Origin: Bacteroidales bacterium
Lineage (GTDB): Bacteria > Bacteroidota > Bacteroidia > Bacteroidales > 4484-276
Assembly: GCA_014860585.1 (NCBI GenBank)
Contig: JACZJL010000068.1
Location: 29,042-93,041, forward strand
Reading direction: 5' to 3'
DNA: 64,000 bases
The notes under the pieces were generated by a model. That model worked only from the letters and a program-made list of their open reading frames with translations. It ran no database searches and was not told where the DNA came from. Positions within the stretch are counted from its first letter, which is position 1. Every line of letters begins with the position of its first letter. Shown here piece after piece: positions 39,029-48,509 of this stretch. Both the position numbers and the translations under genes were made by a program.

Positions 39029-39984
39029 AACAGATACCGGATCACCGATTCGACGAGGAGAGCGCCCGTACTCAGTAATCCGAACACAAGGTTGTATTGA
39101 GCTGTGGCGCCATCGAGGGCAATAAAATCAATGGGATTTTTGGGTTGTTTGCGATTAAGTGCTTTTTGCCAGAGCTTAAGTGCCATGGGCAACGAGAGCA
39201 GCACAAGTACAAAGCTGAAGGGCATAAAAGGGAATTCGGGAATCAAAAAGAAGGGCACCAAAATGAGTGCTAAAACCATGAAAAAGGGTCCAAAGATCAG
39301 GAATCCATAATACCTTAGCGACGCTTTATCACCAAGCAATGAAGCAATGGTGAAAATATGTCCTTCCTGGTCGCTGGCAATATCGCGCCAGTTGTTGGCA
39401 TGAAGAATGGCAATTACGAGGGTGGCGATTGGAACGGCCCATAGTACCGGAATCCATGAAAACGTGGCGGTTTGAACATACCAGGCGCCCAAAGCGCCAA
39501 GAATACCAAAGTTCAGGAAAACCGCCAGGTCGCCCAATGCACGATATTTCAAAGCAAACTTACCCCCGATAGTATAAAAGATTCCAATCAATAAACCGGG
39601 GACTCCAATAAGCAGCAACAGCGGACCGACAACCCATGCGAGGTAAAGACCGATCATTGTACCAATAGTCAAAAGAACAATTGCAGCTTTCATGGCTTCG
39701 CCTGTGGTTATTATTTTTCTCACAACACCACCGCTGACAGGATTCGGGAATTTATCAAAACCATTTTTGAAATCATAAATGTCGTTCAATATGTTGGCCC
39801 CGGAGTGCAGCATGACCACTGCAAAAAATGCAAGGGCAAAATTTCCGAAACTAAAGCTGGTTCCGCCATAAACGTAAGCCAGTAATGAGCCGAATATTAC
39901 TGGCATGGTGGAAGCAGGTAACGAAAACGGCCGGATGCTGATCCACCACTTCTTTGTAAAACTTAAACTCACTTCGTTATTCAT
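39025..39984 (-). CDS. UbiA-family prenyltransferase, MenA-like (1,4-dihydroxy-2-naphthoate polyprenyltransferase-like)
   Basis: 319 aa with about 9 TMs. The first Asp-rich motif is NILNDIYDFKNGFD and the second lies near ANNWRDIASDQEG. Its stop overlaps the CPBP start by 4 nt. Confidence 0.7.
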   Translation of the reverse strand: MNNEVSLSFTKKWWISIRPFSLPASTMPVIFGSLLAYVYGGTSFSFGNFALAFFAVVMLHSGANILNDIYDFKNGFDKFPNPVSGGVVRKIITTGEAMKAAIVLLTIGTMIGLYLAWVVGPLLLLIGVPGLLIGIFYTIGGKFALKYRALGDLAVFLNFGILGALGAWYVQTATFSWIPVLWAVPIATLVIAILHANNWRDIASDQEGHIFTIASLLGDKASLRYYGFLIFGPFFMVLALILVPFFLIPEFPFMPFSFVLVLLSLPMALKLWQKALNRKQPKNPIDFIALDGATAQYNLVFGLLSTGALLVESVIRYLL

Positions 39985-40281
39985 TATTAATCAGTTGTTT
40001 TAAATTATTTTGCAAGATTAGTCATAATAACAATAAAGAGGTTTCGGGGTTTAAATTTTTACCTAATTTTCTTTCGTTCAAACAAATCTTTTTACTTTTG
40101 CCACGTCAATTAATCAACATGGATTCATACAGGTTATTCTCCATCCTTAGCAGGCGCAACTACCTCAACATCAAAAGAAGAGACGCCTTCCTTTCTTAAT
40201 TTCTTCGGCTTTGACCGAAGACTCCCAGCCATTTTTTCTTACTCATTTTTTTTATTTCCAAAATTTTAAAAATTTATTTTT

Positions 40282-41679
40282 ATGGAACTACCTTTTGCTG
40301 AATCCTATAAAATGAAAATGGTGGAAACCATCAGAAAGAGCACCAGGGAAGAGCGTGAAACATGGATCAAAGCTGCCAGATATAACCTTTTCAATCTTAA
40401 AAGTGAACAAGTTTTTATTGACTTACTGACCGACTCTGGTACCGGCGCCATGAGTGACAAACAGTGGTCGGAGATGATGCTCGGCGATGAAAGCTATGCC
40501 GGAGCTTCTTCATATTACAAAATGAAAAATGCCATTAAAGACATCCTCGGGTTCGACTACTTTTTACCAACTCACCAGGGCAGAGCCGCTGAGAACGTAC
40601 TTTTTTCAGCCTTGATCAAAGCGGGTGATATTGTCCCCGGAAATTCGCACTTCGATACAACCAAAGGTCATATTGAATTCAGGAAAGCCACTGCTGTTGA
40701 TTGCACTATTGATGAGGCTTTTGATACTACAATTTACCATCCGTTCAAAGGCAACATCGACCTTGAAAAGATGGAACATGTGCTAAAAACAAATCCTATC
40801 GGACGCATTCCTTTGATTATTGTAACGGTGACCTGCAACAGTTCGGGAGGACAACCGGTTTCGATGCAAAATATGCGCGAGGTTTATGCCATGGCGAAGA
40901 AATACGGCGTTCCTGTGTTTTTTGATTCAGCCCGCTTTACCGAAAACGCCTATTTCATCAAACTGCGCGAACCCGGGTATTCCGGCAAATCAATAAGGGA
41001 GATTGTCCGTGAAATGTACAGTTTTGCTGACGGGATGACCATGAGCAGCAAGAAAGACGCCATTGTCAACATGGGTGGTTTTATCGGATTCAGGGATGAG
41101 GCACTCTGGAAAAAAGCACAGACGTTCAATATCATGTTCGAAGGTTTTATCACTTATGGCGGTATGTCAGGACGCGATATGAATGCACTTGCTCAGGGGC
41201 TTTACGAAGGAACCGAGTTTGATTATCTGGACACACGCATTAAACAGGTAGCCTATCTTGGTAAAAGACTAACCGATTTTGGCATTCCGGTTCAACTCCC
41301 TTATGGCGGTCATGCCATTTTTGTAGATGCCAAACGATTTCTTCCTAACCTTCCCATAGAACAGTTTGCGGCACAGACGCTTGCTATCGAGCTTTATCTA
41401 GAAGGGGGTGTTCGTGGTGTAGAAATAGGCGCCATCCTGGCTGACCGCGACCCTGTGACCCGCAAAAACCGCTATCCGGACCTGGAACTGCTGCGCCTGG
41501 CCATTCCAAGAAGGGTTTATACCAATAATCACATGGATTACATAGCTGTTGCATTGGCAAATGTTTGGGAACGACGTCATGATATCCGGACCGGTGTAAA
41601 AATCGTTTCTGAAGCCCCAATAATGCGACATTTCACGGTGGAACTTGAACGCGTGGAAGTGCCGGTAATGAGTGTGTAG
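40282..41679 (+). CDS. tnaA: tryptophanase / tyrosine phenol-lyase family beta-eliminating lyase
   Basis: 465 aa with a PLP-lysine region (MSSKKDAIVNMGGF) and conserved blocks (LLTDSGTGAMS, PTHQGRAAE, RFTENAYFIK). Confidence 0.75.
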   Translation: MELPFAESYKMKMVETIRKSTREERETWIKAARYNLFNLKSEQVFIDLLTDSGTGAMSDKQWSEMMLGDESYAGASSYYKMKNAIKDILGFDYFLPTHQGRAAENVLFSALIKAGDIVPGNSHFDTTKGHIEFRKATAVDCTIDEAFDTTIYHPFKGNIDLEKMEHVLKTNPIGRIPLIIVTVTCNSSGGQPVSMQNMREVYAMAKKYGVPVFFDSARFTENAYFIKLREPGYSGKSIREIVREMYSFADGMTMSSKKDAIVNMGGFIGFRDEALWKKAQTFNIMFEGFITYGGMSGRDMNALAQGLYEGTEFDYLDTRIKQVAYLGKRLTDFGIPVQLPYGGHAIFVDAKRFLPNLPIEQFAAQTLAIELYLEGGVRGVEIGAILADRDPVTRKNRYPDLELLRLAIPRRVYTNNHMDYIAVALANVWERRHDIRTGVKIVSEAPIMRHFTVELERVEVPVMSV

Positions 41680-41780
41680 AAGGGTTGGAAATGATGTCGT
41701 GATTGTTATTGTTGCTTCGTAAAAGACAACAATGACAACATTTTATACTTTTGCCACAAAATTTTCTATCTTAGATTTTT

Positions 41781-42236
41781 ATGGATAAAAATAATAAAGA
41801 AGGGCGCTACTCGAGAATTTACGCGCAATTGCAGGATCTGCTCAAAGCAACTCAAAATATAGATGCACGGATGGCAACGGTTGTCGCTGTGCTTCACCAT
41901 AAAATAGACTATTTTTTCTGGACCGGATTCTATTGTCTAGACCATGGAGAATTAACTGTTAAAACCTACCAGGGACCGGTAGCCTGCCAGGTACTGAAAA
42001 AAGATACCGGCGTTTGTTGGGCCGGGATGCATAGCAACAAAACCATTGTGGTTCAGAACGTGCATGATTTTCCCGGACATATTGCCTGCGATTCCCGGTC
42101 GAACTCCGAAATTGTAGTCCCAATCAGGATGAAATCAGGAGAGGTGTTTGGCGTACTTGATGTTGACAGCAAAGACCTCAGCGCTTTCGATGAAACAGAT
42201 GCCCTCTGGCTTGAAAAAATCGTCGGGTTGATTTGA
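41781..42236 (+). CDS. GAF domain protein (free methionine-R-sulfoxide reductase-like)
   Basis: 151 aa (FFWTGFY...GPVACQVLKKDTGVCWAG...VVPI...GVLDVDS). Confidence 0.6.
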   Translation: MDKNNKEGRYSRIYAQLQDLLKATQNIDARMATVVAVLHHKIDYFFWTGFYCLDHGELTVKTYQGPVACQVLKKDTGVCWAGMHSNKTIVVQNVHDFPGHIACDSRSNSEIVVPIRMKSGEVFGVLDVDSKDLSAFDETDALWLEKIVGLI

Positions 42237-42823
42237 CCTCATTCAATTTAAACAAAGTGCTACACTACTTCCTAACGCTTATCCTCTTATTGGCAATATC
42301 AACAGAAGTATTTGCCGTTGTCTTTCTGAATGGTTTTATCAGGGAGATGAAAACTGCCAGGCAGATATCTGCAGCTTTAATCATTTCCTTTATCAATGCT
42401 TTAATGGGTTTGCTGGGTTTTTTCACCGGCCTTGGCCTGAACCTGCTGCTCGAAAATCTCACCGAATGGTTATCCGTGGTTATCATCCTGATGCTTGGAT
42501 TGAAAATTATGATCAAATCGTTTAAACCCAAGTTTCATGAAATGACATGGGAATTACAAAGATTTACCTTAATTGCAGTTTTTTCAGCGGCAACCGGAAT
42601 CAATTCCTACCTGGCAGGTATTGCGATATCCTCGTTCAAAGTGACCGGACTATCAGTTTTCATTTTAATTTTGTCCGCTTATTTTCTGGCAGCGGCACTG
42701 GGAATGATGCTGGGGAAAATTAGTAAAAATTTCTTTGTTGCTTCCCGTTCCGGAATCGCTGCAGGTGTTATTTTAATTGGAATATCGGTAATTTATTCAT
42801 TATTTTTGTTTGGCATTATTTAA
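42233..42823 (+). CDS. MntP-like (DUF204 repeat) membrane protein, putative manganese efflux pump
   Basis: 196 aa with six TMs in two internally repeated halves. It is co-directional with the GAF protein gene and overlaps it by 4 nt. Confidence 0.45.
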   Translation: MTSFNLNKVLHYFLTLILLLAISTEVFAVVFLNGFIREMKTARQISAALIISFINALMGLLGFFTGLGLNLLLENLTEWLSVVIILMLGLKIMIKSFKPKFHEMTWELQRFTLIAVFSAATGINSYLAGIAISSFKVTGLSVFILILSAYFLAAALGMMLGKISKNFFVASRSGIAAGVILIGISVIYSLFLFGII

Positions 42824-43904
42824 TCGAAAAAGTATGAAAAAGACAATTCTGTTGTTGAGTTTTATTGGGCTTGGATTCGGAATCTATGCTCAAATTCCGA
42901 ATGGTTATTATGACTCAGCACTTGGACTCAACAGCAATGAACTTCAGGAGGCATTGCACCTGATAATTAAGGACCATAATGCCTCCACATACAGTGATCT
43001 TTGGGATCATTTCCAGCAGACCGATAAAAAAACCAACGGTAAAGTCTGGGACATTTACTCAGACGTTCCGGGTGGGACCCCCCCCTATCAATTCACTTTT
43101 ATAACCGATCAATGCGGGAACTACTCACAGGAAGGGGATTGTTATAACCGCGAGCACTCATTCCCAAGCAGTTGGTTTGGTGGGAATGTTTATCCTATGT
43201 ATTCTGATTTGAATCACATCTATCCAACGGATGGCTGGGTAAACAACAAGCGGAGCAATTATCCGTATGGCGAAGTCGGGAGCGCATCATGGACATCGAT
43301 GAATGGCTCAAAACTTGGCAACAGCAATGTTGCCGGTTATTCCGGGGTTGTTTTTGAACCCATTGATACCTACAAAGGCGACCTGGCCAGAATGCACTTT
43401 TATATGGCGACAAGATATCTGGGAGAAGATGGTAACTGGCCTGGAAGTGAATCCGTTAATGGTTCTCAAATGAAAGATTGGACACTTACGATGCTTTACG
43501 AATGGCATCAAAATGACCCTGTAAGTCAGAAAGAGATCAGCAGGAACAATGCCATTTACCAGATCCAGAACAACCGAAACCCATTTATTGACCATCCTGA
43601 ATTTGTTGACCTGATCTGGTTTTACACTACAATTGACAACGAAAAACAGCATCTTACCCCTGAATTTGCTATTTTCCCCAATCCGGCAGATGATTTTATC
43701 AATGTGAAAGCCAATGGTTTTGTTACAGATTTAATCTATAACATCACGATCACCGACCAAACAGGAAGGCTGATCATTCAGGAGAACGCAAACGGAGAAA
43801 CCATTAAAACGCTTGATGTCTCCGGGCTGCCTCAAGGATTTTACTTATTGAATATCAGCGAAATTAATAACCAATCAGTCAGAAGCTACAAATTGGTAAA
43901 ATGA
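42810..43904 (+). CDS. endonuclease I family extracellular nuclease with a T9SS C-terminal sorting domain
   Basis: 364 aa with a signal peptide, an Endonuclease_1 core (YNREHSFPSSWFGG ... NHIYPTDGWVNNKRSNYPYGEV ... NPFIDHPEF) and a C-terminal Ig-like CTD (FPNPADDFINV...GFYLLNISEINNQSVRSYKLVK). Confidence 0.75.
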   Translation: MALFNRKSMKKTILLLSFIGLGFGIYAQIPNGYYDSALGLNSNELQEALHLIIKDHNASTYSDLWDHFQQTDKKTNGKVWDIYSDVPGGTPPYQFTFITDQCGNYSQEGDCYNREHSFPSSWFGGNVYPMYSDLNHIYPTDGWVNNKRSNYPYGEVGSASWTSMNGSKLGNSNVAGYSGVVFEPIDTYKGDLARMHFYMATRYLGEDGNWPGSESVNGSQMKDWTLTMLYEWHQNDPVSQKEISRNNAIYQIQNNRNPFIDHPEFVDLIWFYTTIDNEKQHLTPEFAIFPNPADDFINVKANGFVTDLIYNITITDQTGRLIIQENANGETIKTLDVSGLPQGFYLLNISEINNQSVRSYKLVK

Positions 43905-44398
43905 CCAAAGGAGTCATTGATAAATATCTAAACATTAAGACAAAAACAGTGGCAAAAATCAGGATTACAAAAGCATACAAGTTCGACATGGCACACGCGC
44001 TGCCAGGTCACGACGGGCTTTGCAAGAATATACACGGTCACTCTTACGAGCTGCTTGTGACGCTTATCGGCGAACCCATTTCTGAGCCGGAGTCACCAAA
44101 AAATGGGATGGTGATCGATTTCAAAGATCTGAAGCGAATTATCAAGGATTTGATCGTGGATGAACTGGATCATTCCCTGATTCTTCGGAAGGATACACCA
44201 TCTAACCTTCTTAAGGAGATGCAGGCTCACTATAGCCGTATAATTCTGGTGGATTACCAACCTACAAGTGAAAATATGATCCTTGATTTTGCCCATCGGA
44301 TTAGGAAAGAATTGCCGGAGGAGGTGAAACTTCATCATCTCAAGCTTTGGGAAACGGTAACCTCTTACACCGAATGGTATGCTGAAGATAATGAATAA
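43901..44398 (+). CDS. queD: 6-carboxy-5,6,7,8-tetrahydropterin synthase (QueD/PTPS family)
   Basis: 165 aa (KAYKFDMAHALPGHDGLCKNIHGHSYELLVTL...DHSLIL). Confidence 0.8.
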   Translation: MTKGVIDKYLNIKTKTVAKIRITKAYKFDMAHALPGHDGLCKNIHGHSYELLVTLIGEPISEPESPKNGMVIDFKDLKRIIKDLIVDELDHSLILRKDTPSNLLKEMQAHYSRIILVDYQPTSENMILDFAHRIRKELPEEVKLHHLKLWETVTSYTEWYAEDNE

Positions 44399-44436
44399 GG
44401 GGTTTTAAAAAGAATGTCGGATTGAATCAACTAACC

Positions 44437-44904
44437 TTAGTCAATCCTGGGAAAATTGATTTTGTCTTTTATCACAAAAGCATTTGGATAATCGCGGATG
44501 ATCTTTTGGAGATACCCTTCTGCATCAAGCCTGGTTCTGAAATCTCCCACCCTCACCCGGTAATAGGGTTCACTGAATGAGACGTAAGCAGTATCACCCG
44601 GGTAAAGCATCTGGTATCTTCTTGCCGCCTGGTTGGCTTTGCTCAATGACTGATTTCCTGCTTCAAAAAAGATGTGTATCCTATACCCGTCAATACCGTC
44701 AAGTTGTTGATTGTATTCGAGGTGTCGCTTTAAAATTGTATCTATCCTGCTGTCCTGATGAATAATCACTTTACCATTGCCGGACTGATCGTGCTCAGGA
44801 TCATGCCTTTGGTAGAGGTAATCCTGTGCAGCAAGGGTTTGCATGCCAATGAGCAGGATTATACCAGGTATTTTCAGGGCAAGCTTCATCAGGAATTGAA
44901 TCAC
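44437..44904 (-). CDS. SPOR domain-containing protein (peptidoglycan-binding)
   Basis: 155 aa with a signal peptide or N-terminal anchor. The C-terminal SPOR-like fold is YRIHIFFEAGNQSLSKANQAARRYQMLYPGDTAYVSFSEPYYRVRVGDFRTRLDAEGYLQKI. Confidence 0.6.
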   Translation of the reverse strand: MIQFLMKLALKIPGIILLIGMQTLAAQDYLYQRHDPEHDQSGNGKVIIHQDSRIDTILKRHLEYNQQLDGIDGYRIHIFFEAGNQSLSKANQAARRYQMLYPGDTAYVSFSEPYYRVRVGDFRTRLDAEGYLQKIIRDYPNAFVIKDKINFPRID

Positions 44905-44910
44905 GAAAGA

Positions 44911-45753
44911 TTAAATGGTTTTGTTAGCATCCGAAATGTGAACACTTAACACCGGGATTGGCGAATGATTGACGATTTGCTGTGCATTAGGGCCTATGAT
45001 TCCGCTACTGTGATTGTCGTCCTGTTCGGTCATTATCGAAATCAGGTCAGCATCTATGCCTATGGCGTAATCAATCACGGCTTTTGTTGCATTTTGGGTT
45101 TGAAAATGTTCACGGGTGTAGTTAACGTTTTCTTTTTCAAAGTATTTTATTGCCTTATCAGCAAAGTTCTCCACCCGTTTATGCATGGTTTTCAGATTTG
45201 TTGAGTAGATGGTTACCAGGTGTACTTCGGCTCCTGTATGTTTGGCTATGCAAGCAGTAGTATGGAGTTTTCCAAGCGTATTGGTTGAATTATCAATCGG
45301 CATAACGATTTTTTGAATAGTGTCTTTGAACAAAAATCCATTTCTGACCGTGATTACCGGGCAAAGTGCATGTGCTACAATCCGGTTGGCATTGCTCCCG
45401 ATCCAATATTCTTCAAAACCGGACACACCGTGTGAACCGGTGATAATAAGGTCTGCTTTTTTTGCCTGGGCAAACCCAACAACCTCGCTGTATATTTTCC
45501 CTTTGCGCAATTTGTAATCAAGTTTGCCGCCGGTAAATTCGTGTTTAAACTGCTCAACCAATTCACTGAACCTGCGTACCACCTCACTTCGGTAATTCTC
45601 CACCGTTACTGAATAGATTGATTCGGGATCCGCGGTTTTATCAACCCAAACCATGATGATGTTGGATTTTGCCCTGTTGGCAATCTTTATTGCATACTCC
45701 AAAGCGTGTATGGAACCGCCCGAGAAGTCTACTGCTACGACAATATTTTTCAT
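44911..45753 (-). CDS. universal stress protein (tandem UspA domains)
   Basis: 280 aa with two Usp repeats (MKNIVVAVDFSGGSIHALEYAI... and VMPIDNS...) and an ATP-binding G-x2-G-x9-G(S/T) region (ITGSHGVSGFEEYWIGSNANRIV). Confidence 0.7.
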   Translation of the reverse strand: MKNIVVAVDFSGGSIHALEYAIKIANRAKSNIIMVWVDKTADPESIYSVTVENYRSEVVRRFSELVEQFKHEFTGGKLDYKLRKGKIYSEVVGFAQAKKADLIITGSHGVSGFEEYWIGSNANRIVAHALCPVITVRNGFLFKDTIQKIVMPIDNSTNTLGKLHTTACIAKHTGAEVHLVTIYSTNLKTMHKRVENFADKAIKYFEKENVNYTREHFQTQNATKAVIDYAIGIDADLISIMTEQDDNHSSGIIGPNAQQIVNHSPIPVLSVHISDANKTI

Positions 45754-46125
45754 GATGCTGCTGTAATAGGTCCTAAACTCTGCTTATTTTTCAAGTGGCT
45801 AAATTATAGATTTTTCATGAATTAGTAATTGTAAAAAAACGACGGTCATTTGATTGTCGACAGCTTGTATTTTATATCCTGATAGGATATAATTGTTGGA
45901 AAACCAGCACTCCCTTTGGCCATCAGCATCCTACTCCGCAGCAGTCTCCGAAGGAGCCAATCAAACCTATGGCCATTTAAGTTTCCGAAATAATCATTCA
46001 GGCCGAAAGACCATTTGCAGGAGGATGGGGTAATCGCTTTTTCAACAATAGACGTTTTCCTGCAAGAACGAAATAAAAATTACTTCATCATTAGCCGACT
46101 CCCTTCCAGTCTTAACCAGCAAACA

Positions 46126-47523
46126 TCAATCTTTCATTTCTTTTTCATCGACAATTTTCCCGTCTTCGTTCAGTTTTTTGCCTTTGAGATATTCCGGCAA
46201 CTCCATTCCTGCCATTTTAAAAATGTCGTCTAAAGGAGGTATTGATTTTAACATCCCTGATAGAAAATTGGCGGTTGTGGGAGTAGCTCCTTCGGATGAA
46301 TTGGAATCCCAAACGGTGATTTTATCAATTTTCAGGTTTTTGATGGCTTCCACCTGGGTTTTAACAATTTCGGGAAGTTTGTCAGCGATCATCAGCAAGA
46401 CGGCATCGCGGGAATTTTGCTGGGCCGCTTCGACCAACCTTGAAAAACCTTCGGCCTGCTTGGTAAGCACTTCGTAGATCCCTTTTCCTTCAGCTTGTTT
46501 TTTCATAAACAAAGCATCAGCTTCACCTTTGGCAATGCGCCTTATTTGCTCTGCTTTCGCTTCGGCGTCGATTTCCACTTTCATTTTGTCGATTTCAGCC
46601 GGTACAACAATGTCGGCTGTTTTGGTGGATTTTTCTCTTGATGCCCTGACATCCTCAGCCTTTTTTTCAGCGTCATAAGCTTCTGCAAGTGCTTTTGCTA
46701 ACTGTACTTTCTCGGCAGCAACCGCCAAACGCTCAGCTTCGGCTTCTTTTTCGCGTCGTAGGGCGTTGGAATTGGCAATGGCAATTTTGGCCAGGTTTTC
46801 ACCTTCAACTGCTTTGGCATTGGCATCAGCCACTTTAATCCGTTCGTCCTGTTTTGCATTTGCCTCCCCAACCGAACCATCCCTGTTTTTTTCAGCGACT
46901 GTTTTCTTTGCATCATTAATGGCCTTGGCTGCGGCCTCTTTTCCCAATGCTTCGATGTACTCTGACTCATCACGAATATCAGTAACATTAACGTTGATCA
47001 GCTTCAAACCGATTTTTTGTAATTCAGCTTCAACATTTTGCGAAACATTGGCAAGAAACTTATCCCTGTCGGTGTTGATCTCTTCGATATCCATCGTTGC
47101 AACAACTAACCTCAGCTGGCCGAAAATGATGTCTTTTGCCAATTCCTGGATATGGCTCAAGGGTAATCCGAGCAGACGTTCGGCTGCATTGGTCATTATT
47201 CCTGGCTCTGTGGAAATACCAACCGTAAATCTCGATGGTACATCGATCCTGATGTTTTGGCGCGAAAGTGCCGCTGTAAGGTTAACTTCAAGCGAAATTG
47301 GTGTAAGATCGAGGAAAGCATAATTTTGAATTACCGGCCAGATGAAGGCAGCTCCGCCATGGATTGTTCGGGCAGAGCGTGTTGCCCCCGACAGTGTTTT
47401 TCCGGTTTTTCCGTAAATAACGAGGATTTTGTCTGACGGGCATCTTTTGTACCTTGAAAAGAGTGCCAGGATCGTCACAAAAATGATGACTACAAAAATG
47501 ACAACCAGTAATAGTTCAGGCAT
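46126..47523 (-). CDS. flotillin-like SPFH/band-7 family protein (YqiK-like)
   Basis: 465 aa with an N-terminal TM and an SPFH domain, followed by a long Ala/Glu/Lys-rich coiled coil (EAERLAVAAEKVQLAKALAEAYDAEKKAEDV). Confidence 0.75.
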   Translation of the reverse strand: MPELLLVVIFVVIIFVTILALFSRYKRCPSDKILVIYGKTGKTLSGATRSARTIHGGAAFIWPVIQNYAFLDLTPISLEVNLTAALSRQNIRIDVPSRFTVGISTEPGIMTNAAERLLGLPLSHIQELAKDIIFGQLRLVVATMDIEEINTDRDKFLANVSQNVEAELQKIGLKLINVNVTDIRDESEYIEALGKEAAAKAINDAKKTVAEKNRDGSVGEANAKQDERIKVADANAKAVEGENLAKIAIANSNALRREKEAEAERLAVAAEKVQLAKALAEAYDAEKKAEDVRASREKSTKTADIVVPAEIDKMKVEIDAEAKAEQIRRIAKGEADALFMKKQAEGKGIYEVLTKQAEGFSRLVEAAQQNSRDAVLLMIADKLPEIVKTQVEAIKNLKIDKITVWDSNSSEGATPTTANFLSGMLKSIPPLDDIFKMAGMELPEYLKGKKLNEDGKIVDEKEMKD

Positions 47524-47553
47524 GATGATTTGGATATAAAGTTAGAACGTATG

Positions 47554-48165
47554 TTAATTTTTCAATTTTTCCACCACCAGGATATTTCCGCTTTCAATGC
47601 CAGTTACGCGAACAACCGTTCCGGTGGGTAAATCCTGGTCAAGATGGGTAACAGCATTCATCTCACGGTTAGAATCCTGCACTGTGATCTGTATTTTCCC
47701 GATATTTCCCGAGTTGGCCCTGATAGGTAGATAAACGTTTCCTATTTGATTGATAGCATTTCGTATATCGAGGTTCCCACTGTCAGTCATACGGCTGATA
47801 AAATAAAACAACGTCGAGATGATCAGCATGATGAGCAAACCACAGGCAATGCCGAAAATTACTACCATTACGTCGGAGAAATTATTTTGAATCCCTACAA
47901 TACCTGCCCAGCCGAATACAGCAAAAAAAGCCACAAAATTGCGGAACGTAAAAACCGAAAAGCCGGAATGATCCGCACCAGCGTGGCTGTGATCAATATC
48001 TGATGTGCCAACGTCGTCCGGCAAATCACCTCCAACATCAGACGAACCACCGTCAAGTCCAATAAAGGTTAGTACAATCTGTATGATCAGGATTACTGAG
48101 AAGGGGATGGCAATGTACCAGAATACCCTCTCAAATGTTGTTAATGCATCCCACCAGTCTTGCAT
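47554..48165 (-). CDS. NfeD-like membrane protein (YqiJ-like partner of the flotillin)
   Basis: 203 aa with N-terminal TMs and a C-terminal OB-fold-like segment (TGTVVRVTGIESGNILVVEKL). It lies directly upstream of the flotillin gene on the same strand. Confidence 0.5.
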   Translation of the reverse strand: MQDWWDALTTFERVFWYIAIPFSVILIIQIVLTFIGLDGGSSDVGGDLPDDVGTSDIDHSHAGADHSGFSVFTFRNFVAFFAVFGWAGIVGIQNNFSDVMVVIFGIACGLLIMLIISTLFYFISRMTDSGNLDIRNAINQIGNVYLPIRANSGNIGKIQITVQDSNREMNAVTHLDQDLPTGTVVRVTGIESGNILVVEKLKN

Positions 48166-48509
48166 AATGAAGTATTTTTCAGGTTAAAATAATGGTGTAA
48201 AGGTAAAAAAAAACGGGGAAACCATGTTTTATTCAAATTAATTTCTTTTTAGCTTTCAGAAAAAACTGAAGTTGGTTTTCAACATGAAAAGTTTTCTGGC
48301 AGATTCTAATAAATGTAATTCGGGTTTAGCAGGACATTGGTTATCCTGTATCTATGATTACCATGAGTGTTAGAAGTGATCATTCAGGCCCTGAAAATAT
48401 TGGGCTAAACCAAATCAGGCCGGGATGAGTTGAAAAACCCGGGGCAACCACCAATCTTACTTTTCAAGGTAAGAGGATTTTTTTACTTTTGTCAAAATTT
48501 AGTATTTAC

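Noticed and set aside
40119-40199. Interpreting the tnaA leader micro-ORF as a bona fide TnaC homologue
   Set aside because: It has no Trp and no conserved C-terminal D..P stalling motif. I kept it only as a low-confidence finding, not as a feature.
45981-48384. 12-mer ATCATTCAGGCC shared by the intergenic regions upstream of the universal stress protein gene (45981) and upstream of ruvB (48373)
   Set aside because: It is too short to be significant, and the surrounding sequence is unrelated.
48455-48491. Hairpin CTTAC-ttttcaag-GTAAG plus T-run, which looked like a terminator immediately upstream of ruvB
   Set aside because: It overlaps the ruvB -33/-7 promoter elements (TActTTTG at 48484-48491). 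The T-run is part of the promoter, the stem is only 5 bp, and the preceding gene is divergent, so it is not a terminator.
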